Shown here piece by piece: positions 25,637-33,465 of a stretch of 38,340 nucleotides of DNA; positions within the stretch are counted from its first letter, which is position 1; every line of letters begins with the position of its first letter. Source of the stretch: an uncultured Opitutales bacterium (GTDB taxonomy: Bacteria; Verrucomicrobiota; Verrucomicrobiia; Opitutales; JABDGR01); assembly GCA_964499725.1 (NCBI GenBank), contig CAZCMU010000002.1, positions 1-38,340 on the forward strand, read 5' to 3'. The notes beneath the pieces were generated by a model that did not search any database, had not been told where the DNA came from, and was given only the letters and a program-made list of their open reading frames with translations. Both the position numbers and the translations under genes were made by a program.

Positions 25637-25711
25637 GAGGGAGGATGCCAGTCAAAGGAAACCATTAACCATGTTGCGCGTCTTGCGCAAGCCCGCCCTC
25701 CGGCTGGCTGT

Positions 25712-27127
25712 TCACGGCGCATAGAGCCACCACTGTCGCGACCATTTCTGAAAGTCGGCGTCTTGGGCATCCCAGATTTTAAAGTTGGCGTCCACATCTG
25801 CCTTGCCGCCGCGCCCATGCAGCTCCTGCCACCAGGACGTCGAGCCAACTGTAATTTCGAAAGTGCGCTCGTCATTGCCGCTCACTCTTGCATAGGGGTT
25901 GCCGCCCGGCGCCCAGGCCGCATCGAGTTTCATCATTTCAAAGCCCAGCTTCGTCGGATCCACCGCGTTCCAATCGGTGATATTGACATACACTCCTGAA
26001 TGATCGCCTTTCCCGTCCCGGTAGTCCCGTTCGTCAAAATGCAATCCCTTCAGCCCAAGGCTGTTCATGGTTGCGGCCAGTTCCGCCGGTTTGCGCCCCG
26101 GGTAATTGAGCAGACGGAATGGATACGGCGTGCCGACTCCAAACGCAAATAGCCCGACTTTGTCTATGGGTTTTCCAATCCCGGTCAGGCTGTAGCCAAA
26201 GGCCGCGCCGGCGGAAGGAATGTTCGGCGAGGTGGGTATCCATTTCAGGCCCGTGTCGGCCCATACCATCGAGCGCCGCCAGCCCCGCATGGGCACCACG
26301 ATAAGTTTCCCGCGTTTGCGCACATTGTCATTTTCGGGGTCCAGCCAGCCGGGCGTGTCCTTGGCAATTTGGGCGAGTTCGCCGATGGTCAGTCCGAATA
26401 CGTAGGGTATTTTGTATTCACCAATGTAACTCATCCATTTTTCTTCCATAATCGGCCCGCCTACTTTCAGGCCGCCCAGCGGATTCGGCCGGTCGAGTAC
26501 CACCACCGTCTTGTTTTGCTCGAAGCACGCTTCCATTGTCAACCGCAGGCAACTGATAAAAGTATAAGAGCGTGTGCCCAGGTCCTGTAAGTCCACCACC
26601 ATCACATCAATATTCCTGAGCCATTCTGCGGGCGCCGTGCGGGTTTTGCCAAAGAGCGGATAAACCATCAATCCGGTGTTCTTGTAGGTCGCAATGGGGA
26701 AATCCACCCCCGCGGGCGCTTTGCCATCAATACCGTGTTCCGGTGCAAACAACGCCACCAGCTTAACCCCTGGCGCGCGGCGCAAAATGTCAATCGTGCT
26801 CACCCCGTCGCGATTCACGCCGGCCGGGTGGGTAAGCAGCCCCACCCGCTGTCCCCGCAATATGGAAAAATTCTGTTCCGCGAGCACGTCAATACCCAGT
26901 TCCAGCCGCCCACCCGTAACCAGCGTGGGAGGCGGAAGTGCGATTGGCGGCGCTGGCGGATAGATCGGCGTGGAGGCCGGTGGTCGAATGGGTGTGGGGG
27001 CGGTGGCCGTTTCCGGTTTCGTCATCGCACCCGGGCCGGCACAACCGCTACCCAAAACAGCCAAAGCCACGCACGCCAATGAAAGGTGAAAAGGACGGAG
27101 GGGCCGCGCGCGGGACAAAGGTTCCAT
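25712..27127 (-). CDS. DUF1343 / NamZ-like exo-beta-N-acetylmuramidase family lipoprotein
   Basis: The DUF1343-type core is RVGLLTHPAGVNRDGVSTIDILRRAPGVKLVALFAPEHGI. The start was trimmed to ATG 27127 (MEPLSRARPLRPFHLSLACVALAVLGSGC-A, a lipobox); the track start at 27211 would overlap folE2. Confidence 0.75.
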   Translation of the reverse strand: MEPLSRARPLRPFHLSLACVALAVLGSGCAGPGAMTKPETATAPTPIRPPASTPIYPPAPPIALPPPTLVTGGRLELGIDVLAEQNFSILRGQRVGLLTHPAGVNRDGVSTIDILRRAPGVKLVALFAPEHGIDGKAPAGVDFPIATYKNTGLMVYPLFGKTRTAPAEWLRNIDVMVVDLQDLGTRSYTFISCLRLTMEACFEQNKTVVVLDRPNPLGGLKVGGPIMEEKWMSYIGEYKIPYVFGLTIGELAQIAKDTPGWLDPENDNVRKRGKLIVVPMRGWRRSMVWADTGLKWIPTSPNIPSAGAAFGYSLTGIGKPIDKVGLFAFGVGTPYPFRLLNYPGRKPAELAATMNSLGLKGLHFDERDYRDGKGDHSGVYVNITDWNAVDPTKLGFEMMKLDAAWAPGGNPYARVSGNDERTFEITVGSTSWWQELHGRGGKADVDANFKIWDAQDADFQKWSRQWWLYAP

Positions 27128-27204
27128 GGGGTGGGAATAATGGCAGGGCTGCCCAATCCCATAATTGGCGGACCGTCCTAACGCAATCCCATCCCGCCAA
27201 CAGC

Positions 27205-28185
27205 CTAACAAACCAAGCTGGCAAAATCCGTAAAGCTGGCCTCAAAGCCATTCGGCAAGCCCTTGCAGACTACCGCCACGGCGTCGTGCGAATGCAACGA
27301 CTCCAAGTGTGCGCACGCAATTTGAAAATCGCGGATGCGGCGGTCGGCGTCAAACCGCTCGTAGAGCAGCCGTGCGGCATCCTCGACAAATTTTTGGAAC
27401 GCCCCGTTCAATTCCGCAAATGCCTGCTCGTCCTCGCGGCGCACCAATACCTGGGTCTCCGTGCGCAACGCCGCCAGGCAATGCTCGTGCAAGTCTTCAA
27501 TTGTCACGGCGGCACCCGGCTGTACCTCGACACTCACCCGCGCCTTGCTGCGTTGCGAATGCGGAATGCCATAAACCTGGCGTCCATCGCGCGCGTGCTC
27601 GGTCAGTTCTGCCGAGCAGGGGCACGCCGACGAATAAACAAAATCAAAATGGATGAACTTGCGAAACCGGTTGAGGTCGCAAATCGTGCCTTCATAAACC
27701 ACCTGGTAGTATTGGTAGCCCGCCAGTCCGCTCCGCAGGCTGGGCTGCACCATCGGATAATTAAAAGCCAGCCGCAGGCGCGCCCGCGTGCATTGCATCT
27801 CCTGCTTGTAGCGCAGCAGAATTTCTTCCAACAACTCAGGCGTGAAAACGCGGTCCTTGAATTCATAGAACACCCGCATCAGGCGCGACATGTTAATGCC
27901 CTTTTGCTCCGCCGATACCGAGACCGTGCCGGCAATCGTCGTCTCCAGCGTCACCTGCTCATTTTCCGCCGTCAAATAATGCAACGGCAGGCGGAACCCG
28001 GCAATACCGACCTGCAGAATGGGAACTTGGGCGCCCTGAATTTCTACGATGGGGCCATTTTGTACGTCTGGCAGACTGGCGCGGTAATCCGGCGTGACTT
28101 GGAAGTCGGCGTCGTAGTGGCGCTGCAATGCAGACTGCGCGGCATCAGCGCCAGAACCAGCGGGAGGGGTGGGTTTGTTGCTCAT
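27205..28185 (-). CDS. folE2: GTP cyclohydrolase I type 2 (GCYH-IB)
   Basis: FolE2/MptA-like features are present (...GINMSRLMR..., ...[16 protein letters not shown]...). The 326-aa gene heads the queuosine-precursor gene run. Confidence 0.85.
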   Translation of the reverse strand: MSNKPTPPAGSGADAAQSALQRHYDADFQVTPDYRASLPDVQNGPIVEIQGAQVPILQVGIAGFRLPLHYLTAENEQVTLETTIAGTVSVSAEQKGINMSRLMRVFYEFKDRVFTPELLEEILLRYKQEMQCTRARLRLAFNYPMVQPSLRSGLAGYQYYQVVYEGTICDLNRFRKFIHFDFVYSSACPCSAELTEHARDGRQVYGIPHSQRSKARVSVEVQPGAAVTIEDLHEHCLAALRTETQVLVRREDEQAFAELNGAFQKFVEDAARLLYERFDADRRIRDFQIACAHLESLHSHDAVAVVCKGLPNGFEASFTDFASLVC

Positions 28186-28323
28186 GTGGAAAACGACGGT
28201 CGAAGGTCGTCCAATGTAAAGACTTCCCGGCGGCCTGTCAAACGTTAGGCAGGGCTATCTTTAGTCTTCTCGCATCGGCTTAAGTTCATTACTAAATGGC
28301 TGGTAGATGGTTAAGAATATAAA

Positions 28324-29826
28324 TCACTTCAAGGCCTCGGCAAAAGCAACCTCGATTTGCTCGTATGGCTCGGCTCCTACCGACACTCGTATCAGTGCCG
28401 GATCGAGTCCCAGCCCCGCCAGTTTTTCCCGCCCCTCCGGCGTGCTCACCAAATCGTAGTGGGCCAGATACATAAACGGACACAACAGCGTGAAATTGAC
28501 GCCAAAACTCGGCCCCTTGACCACCTGAACGCGGTCGTAAAAGTGCGCTAAATCGCCGCGGGGCACGAAGCTAAAGACGCTGCCGTTCTGGCCGGGCCGC
28601 CGAGCCAATTGCGAAAAGTTCTTTTTCGCCGCGGCACTTCCCGTCCAATGCACGGTCTTCACCGCCGGATGACGCTCCAGGAACTGCGCGAGCCGCGTCG
28701 CGTTGGCCGTGGCCTTTTCAATCAACGGGGCATACCCGTCAATCTCCGTGGCCAGCCGCCGGAGATCCCGCGGGTAGTGTGGCGCCAGGTTTGCGGCCAC
28801 TATTCCACGCAATTCCGGCGTCCATTTCGATGCAGGATTGAATACCACCGCGCCGCCCATGAAATCGCCCTGGTTGCCGGCATATTTCGTCAGACTGTTG
28901 AATACCACATCGCTATAAGGCAGAACGTTAACCACCCGTGGGCTGGCCAGCGTGGGATCAACCATCAGCACCGCGCCGTATTTTTGGCACAAGACGTACA
29001 AGGAGGGCAGATCCACCGCCTGCAACAACGGGTTGGTCGGAAATTCCGCCACGACCCCGGCCAGTTCTGCACCGTATTGTTCGAAAAACTTTTTCAACCC
29101 GGCCAAATCATGGGCATCCGGCCAGAAATGATAATGTTCCTGCGGGCCGAGAAATTTTTTCAAGACCTCCGTCGTGTCCACATATTGCCAGCCTATTTGT
29201 AGCCAGCGCCGCCGTTGGCGGTGGTGGACCTGGGCATCGCAGACAGCCTGAAAGACCTCGAAAAATGCCGTCATACCCGAACCCGTCAGCAAAATAGCTG
29301 CGGGGTTGGCCACCCCATAGGCCTCAGCGAGGTTCGCTTGGATTTTTGACACCGGGTCCCCGGCAAAGGGCGTTTCCGCAAAGCGCGTCGTCAGTTCGCC
29401 TGTGGCCAGAAGAATATCCTCCGCCTGGCGTGAAGTGATGGCCGCGCCCACATGCTGGTGAAATGCCTTGGCGCGGGCTATCGGCTGTTGGACTTTGGGA
29501 AAATCCACCGCCCAGACCCCGCGCCAGGAGGTGGGTTCCGCCGCAGCTTGGCCGACAAATTGGGCCATACCCGCCGCCAGGCGCTTGGTTTGCACCAAGC
29601 GCACTTCACGGTTAGTCAACCCAAGTTCCCGCGCCGCCGCGAGTTGGGCCTGCGCCACCAGTGGATTGATCAGAAAACGCGGGTAGCCGACTTTCATCGC
29701 TGCCACCACTTCCGGCCGGCGTTCTTCATAACCGATGACGTCCGTCAGCTTGGGAATGCTGCAGAGCACGGCATGCGGCGAATTTGGCACGGGCTGCCCA
29801 AAAGGAATGTCACGAAAAGCGGTCAT
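28324..29826 (-). CDS. PLP-dependent transferase of the Cys/Met-metabolism (cystathionine gamma-synthase-like) family with a long N-terminal extension
   Basis: The PLP-lysine motif context is DVVFNSLTKYAGNQGDFMGGAVVF. At 500 aa it is longer than the ~380-400 aa typical of this family. The N-terminal ~150 aa (…KVGYPRFLINPLV…) lie outside the canonical fold. Confidence 0.7.
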   Translation of the reverse strand: MTAFRDIPFGQPVPNSPHAVLCSIPKLTDVIGYEERRPEVVAAMKVGYPRFLINPLVAQAQLAAARELGLTNREVRLVQTKRLAAGMAQFVGQAAAEPTSWRGVWAVDFPKVQQPIARAKAFHQHVGAAITSRQAEDILLATGELTTRFAETPFAGDPVSKIQANLAEAYGVANPAAILLTGSGMTAFFEVFQAVCDAQVHHRQRRRWLQIGWQYVDTTEVLKKFLGPQEHYHFWPDAHDLAGLKKFFEQYGAELAGVVAEFPTNPLLQAVDLPSLYVLCQKYGAVLMVDPTLASPRVVNVLPYSDVVFNSLTKYAGNQGDFMGGAVVFNPASKWTPELRGIVAANLAPHYPRDLRRLATEIDGYAPLIEKATANATRLAQFLERHPAVKTVHWTGSAAAKKNFSQLARRPGQNGSVFSFVPRGDLAHFYDRVQVVKGPSFGVNFTLLCPFMYLAHYDLVSTPEGREKLAGLGLDPALIRVSVGAEPYEQIEVAFAEALK

Positions 29827-29910
29827 GTATAGGCGTGAAATAGTCGGAACAGTGCATCTTGCAGAAAATTTTCCCGCAAGTCAGCGCTGAACGTTAAGGA
29901 GCAAAAACTC

Positions 29911-31014
29911 TCACCCCAAACAGCGCACGGCCAAGTCTCGCATCACCGCTTCCTCTTCCGGAGCCCCTCGCTGAAGAAGTTGCTCGAAAGCCCCAATGAA
30001 GGCTGTTTGAAAATCAATGAGCCGCTTCAGTGGCAGCGCCTTGGCCTTTTCGCCGAGTTTGCCGAGATACCAGACATTTTGCGTGAACAGATTGAATGTG
30101 GATTTGTCTTCCAGCCCGCCGAAATGCCGCGCATAGGTCTGGCGCGCGGCGTCGAACGACCCTTGATCCAGACCCCGGTATCCCAGCCGCAGTTCGCCAC
30201 TGTCGAGCAACACCCGCAGTTGTATCATCAGGCGGTTGCGACCTTGCAGATTGGACAGCAACGGTCGTGCGGAATTTCCCGCAAAAAAGTAGCGTTTGAG
30301 CGCATCGAGCGTCCATGCCAAATCCAGCGAGAAAAACGCCTCCGCCGGCTCAAAAAAATCGCCCTCGCCAAAATCCGGCACCAGCTCGCGAATGAGCCGC
30401 TCCGTGATGGCCCCGCCCGCCGCTCCGAGATATGCCGCCAGTTTGCGTGTTTCTTCCAGCGCCAGTCGCGTATGGCCATTCACTTTGGCGGCCAGTATCT
30501 CCAGCGCTCCCGGTGCAAACGACACGCCCAGATTCTTGGCCTCCTGCTGCGCCAACCCGATAAGGACCTCGCCACTGCCCTCGCCGCCGAGAAACTCATA
30601 TTCGCCGCTCTTTTGCATCCACTTGAATTCACTGCGCCGTCGGTCCACCGGGCAGGCAGTTATCAGTACTGCGACTGCGGCGGGATCCACGCTCTCCAGC
30701 AAAGCCTGCAAATCGCCTACCAGCGCCTTGGCCCCTTCTGAACGTCCCGTTACCGTATCAGCGATAAAATTTGCGTCCTTGAGCCACACCGCCTTGCGGT
30801 CTCCGAAAAGCGAAAGTGTCTGCACCGCGGCGCGGAAACGAGCGACCACGGCTTCAAGCTCCGTCAGGTTTTGCACCGCACCCTCGATGACCTCGCGCGA
30901 AAATTCGTCAGTTAGTCCGCCCGCCATTTCCGCAAAACGCTCGCGCCCGCGTTTCGCGACAAGGAAATCGTCGTCGCCGCAAATAAAGGCAAAGGCCTTG
31001 GTCACGGTGGGCAT
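29911..31014 (-). CDS. holA: DNA polymerase III subunit delta
   Basis: 367 aa. The N-terminal clamp-loader-like region contains ...TLSLFGDRKAVWLKDANF..., and the overall helical C-terminal domains are typical of HolA. Confidence 0.75.
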   Translation of the reverse strand: MPTVTKAFAFICGDDDFLVAKRGRERFAEMAGGLTDEFSREVIEGAVQNLTELEAVVARFRAAVQTLSLFGDRKAVWLKDANFIADTVTGRSEGAKALVGDLQALLESVDPAAVAVLITACPVDRRRSEFKWMQKSGEYEFLGGEGSGEVLIGLAQQEAKNLGVSFAPGALEILAAKVNGHTRLALEETRKLAAYLGAAGGAITERLIRELVPDFGEGDFFEPAEAFFSLDLAWTLDALKRYFFAGNSARPLLSNLQGRNRLMIQLRVLLDSGELRLGYRGLDQGSFDAARQTYARHFGGLEDKSTFNLFTQNVWYLGKLGEKAKALPLKRLIDFQTAFIGAFEQLLQRGAPEEEAVMRDLAVRCLG

Positions 31015-31035
31015 GCTAAATCAAATGCAGAATAA

Positions 31036-31049
31036 TTGCCCCGTGGCAA
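31036..31049 (-). terminator. Weak candidate intrinsic terminator after the ClC gene
   Basis: On the minus strand, 18 nt after the ClC stop, the sequence reads TTGCCacggGGCAA. That is a 5-bp stem with a 4-nt loop, followed by ttattctgcattt. The stem is short, so this is tentative. Confidence 0.25.
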
Positions 31050-31066
31050 GCGCGCCCGCGCATCGT

Positions 31067-32836
31067 TTAGCGGCGCGGCGCCGTGCGCTTGCCGGCTTCT
31101 GCCAGAGTCAATAGCAAGTCATTGCGCGAGAGGACCCCTGCTAATTCGCCTGTCCCCGCGCGCACTACCGGCAGTTCGTGCTCATGCTCGTGGGTGAAAA
31201 GCACCAGCGCCTCGGGCAAAGGCGTGCGCGTGTCGAGCGTGGGCGGATTTTCATGGGCGATGTCGCCTGCGATGAACGCGGCCGCGAGTGACCGGCTGTG
31301 GAGATGCTCCGAGAGGTCCTCCAGTCGCACCACCCCCAGCAGTTGGCGATCCGGCCCGACCACATATTGCCGGTCAAAACCGCCGGACAGAAATTGCCGC
31401 GCCACTTCGCCAAATCCCGCCTGTGGTCCGATAGTGCGCGGCTCCTTCTGCATAATGTCAGCCACGGTGAGGGTTTCGAGCGGGCGGTTAAATATGTCAT
31501 ACGCATCCGGCGGCCCGTGATGGTAGAGCGAATGCATCCGAAATCCGCGAAAAGTATAGTACCCAATGACGCTGGCCAGCATCAACGGGATCATAATCTC
31601 GTAACTCAACGTCATCTCGAAAATCATCAGAATGGACATGAATGGCGCCTGGGTCGCCGCTGCCAGCACCGCGCCCATGCCCACGGTGGCAAAGCCAGCC
31701 TGGTCAATCCGTAAGTCGGGAAAGGCCACCGCAAATGCCTGCCAGCATAAGGAACCCGTGCACGCACCCACCACCAGCGTCGGCGTAAATACCCCGCCCA
31801 CCGCCCCCGACCCAAACGCCGCGGACGTCGCCACCATGCGCGCCAGCAGGATCAACAGCACCGCCTGCCACAACCACTCTCCTGACTCCAAGACCGTTTC
31901 TCCGTGTAACAATGACTTCAACGCATCATAACCATTTCCCGTCACTTCCGGGTGCGCCAGCGCAATCAGCCCCACCAGCAGACCGCCCAACGCCAGTTTC
32001 ACCGCCAGCGGAACCGACACCTTCCGAAACCATTTTTTGAACTGCTCGAGCATCGCCAAGAACAAAGCCGCCATCAACCCGCAGGCGATGCCCACCGCGC
32101 AAAAACAAAGCAGCTCCGTCCAATGCGGCAGCGCGAAATGTTCCAGCCGGTATAGCGGACTCGCATCGGAAAAAATATGCACCGTCACGATGCTGGCCAC
32201 CGAGGCGAAAATCAATGGCCCTAGGCTCTCCATCGCCAGCGACCCCACGGTTATTTCCGATACAAACAACGCAGCTGCAATCGGCGCGTTGTAAGCCGCG
32301 GCCACTCCCGCCGCCGCGCCGCACGCCACCAGCAACCGCCGCCGCGCCGGGGGGACTTTCCGCACTTCTCCCAACATGGACGCCGCCAGCGCCGACAATT
32401 GCACCAACGGGCCTTCCTTGCCTATGGCCGTGCCCGATGCGATGGACAACATCGCGGCCAGCGAACGATAGAGGCTTGACCGCACCGGCAACCGGCCGTC
32501 GCCCAGCGTGATTGCCTCCATGTATTCGGTCGGCTTCTGCCGGACTAATTTTTGCCCGAGCATCAACGTCAACCCGGCCAGCAAGCCGCCCGCCGTGGGC
32601 ACGGCCACGCGCTGCCAGGGCGGCAATTGCGCAAACGCGGCCAAGCCGCCCCCAGCCCCGCCCGTCAGCATTTGTTGCAGGGCCAGCGTCGCCGCCTTGA
32701 ATATCAGCCCCAGCCCGGCGCCCACCACCCCCACCAGCGCGGCCATCACCAGGTTCCACTGCACATCGGTCGGCCGGGCCTGGCGGCGCAACCACAGCCA
32801 CGCGCGCAAAAGAAAAAACAAATTGCCTTCATTCAT
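31067..32836 (-). CDS. ClC-family anion channel/antiporter homologue with C-terminal CBS pair
   Basis: GKEGP (AIGKEGPLVQL) and GxFxP (GGVFTP) motifs are present in about 10 or more TM segments. The C-terminus has two CBS-like modules (...VADIMQKEPRTIGP..., ...ELPVVRAGTGELAGVLSRNDLL...). The ATG overlaps the stop of the upstream EIIA-like gene. Confidence 0.9.
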   Translation of the reverse strand: MNEGNLFFLLRAWLWLRRQARPTDVQWNLVMAALVGVVGAGLGLIFKAATLALQQMLTGGAGGGLAAFAQLPPWQRVAVPTAGGLLAGLTLMLGQKLVRQKPTEYMEAITLGDGRLPVRSSLYRSLAAMLSIASGTAIGKEGPLVQLSALAASMLGEVRKVPPARRRLLVACGAAAGVAAAYNAPIAAALFVSEITVGSLAMESLGPLIFASVASIVTVHIFSDASPLYRLEHFALPHWTELLCFCAVGIACGLMAALFLAMLEQFKKWFRKVSVPLAVKLALGGLLVGLIALAHPEVTGNGYDALKSLLHGETVLESGEWLWQAVLLILLARMVATSAAFGSGAVGGVFTPTLVVGACTGSLCWQAFAVAFPDLRIDQAGFATVGMGAVLAAATQAPFMSILMIFEMTLSYEIMIPLMLASVIGYYTFRGFRMHSLYHHGPPDAYDIFNRPLETLTVADIMQKEPRTIGPQAGFGEVARQFLSGGFDRQYVVGPDRQLLGVVRLEDLSEHLHSRSLAAAFIAGDIAHENPPTLDTRTPLPEALVLFTHEHEHELPVVRAGTGELAGVLSRNDLLLTLAEAGKRTAPRR

Positions 32837-33288
32837 GACGCCGCGGAGCCCGCGGGCGCTTCATCATTCAATTCGAGAAGCTGCAGAAACTTAGCCGCTT
32901 CCTTGACCGTAAGCAACTCCGTGCGCACGCTCGGTATTCGCAACCGGCGCAACAATAGTTTGCTAAAGGTCAGGTAAGCGCTGACTTCCTGCCGTGGGCA
33001 GCCGACCAGCACTATCAGGTGCGCCCGCTCACCCTTGGGTCCAAACGGCACTCCATTTGGGCTCCGCGCCACCGCCACCACCCGCGTCGTCACCGCGTCG
33101 GTTCGGGCATGGGGTAGGGCGACACCCTGACCCACGTAAGTTGGCAATACTGCTTCGCGCGCCAGCACGTCCGCCACCAGCCGCTCGCCATCCGTTACGC
33201 CTGGAAAATGGGCCAGGGCGGTCGCCAACTGCTTTATCGCATCGGCTGCATCCATCGCCACCAAGTCGAGATTTACCAAAACTCCCAT
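32833..33288 (-). CDS. PTS EIIA type-2 (PtsN / EIIA-Ntr-like) domain protein
   Basis: The EIIA-2 core has an active-site His context: REAVLPTYVGQGVALPHARTDAV. I place the start at ATG 33288 (MGVLVNLDLVAMDAADAIKQL..., 151 aa). The track start at 33408 adds 40 AT-richer codons of atypical composition that look like leader sequence. Confidence 0.75.
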   Translation of the reverse strand: MGVLVNLDLVAMDAADAIKQLATALAHFPGVTDGERLVADVLAREAVLPTYVGQGVALPHARTDAVTTRVVAVARSPNGVPFGPKGERAHLIVLVGCPRQEVSAYLTFSKLLLRRLRIPSVRTELLTVKEAAKFLQLLELNDEAPAGSAAS

Positions 33289-33465
33289 ATCCAGATAGAC
33301 AATAGGCAAATAAGCATCCAGGAAAAGAAAAAAAGCTCCGTTATCCTGCTCCAGATTGTGACTTTTTTGCATCAGGATTAAGCTCATGGATTCTTCCGGC
33401 GCCCACATTTTAGGCTTTTGGCGTCATGGCCATTGGCCTAGGCTAACTCCTCCACTTTCCTCCTC

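Noticed and set aside
25637-25711. A possible preQ1 riboswitch or attenuator upstream of queF. The region includes a perfect 6-bp hairpin: TTGCGC gtctt GCGCAA on the plus strand at 25674-25690.
   Set aside because: I could not recognise the compact preQ1-I or preQ1-II stem plus A-rich tail consensus. The hairpin may simply be a weak terminator or processing site after the NamZ-like gene. A covariance-model scan (preQ1-I/II/III) would be decisive.
19855-28185. The idea that queC/D/E/folE2 next to a DNA glycosylase marks a dpd-like 7-deazaguanine DNA-modification or defence island.
   Set aside because: queF (preQ1 formation) and queG (tRNA epoxyqueuosine reduction) indicate the ordinary tRNA queuosine pathway. 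No TGT/DpdA-like transglycosylase, DpdB/C or helicase/nuclease genes are present. The glycosylase has clear Ogg1-type HhH-GPD motifs.
26938-28248. A 436-aa plus-strand ORF. Other long ORFs of the same kind are 16478..17530(-), 18743..19507(-), 33529..34308(-), 34172..35110(+), 31926..32801(-), 10893..11687(-), 11761..12567(+), 56..799(+) and 30296..31114(+).
   Set aside because: All lie antisense to, or in an alternative frame of, genes with unambiguous family motifs (folE2, cls, prfA, gnd, ClC, ABC permease and ATPase, capsid, holA). Their translations are Arg/Ala/Gly/Pro-rich low-information sequence, typical of shadow ORFs in high-GC DNA.
28186-28323. A possible Zur box or riboswitch in the AT-richer leader of folE2 (cttaagttcattactaaat region).
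   Set aside because: FolE2 is Zur-regulated in some bacteria, but the segment is not a convincing palindrome and matches no Zur consensus I can recall. No conserved riboswitch structure was recognised.
33431-33441. An 11-bp palindrome, GGCCATTGGCC, in the divergent EIIA/gnd intergenic region.
   Set aside because: It is short and GC-rich, so it is expected by chance in a ~60% GC genome. No second half-site or repeat was found.
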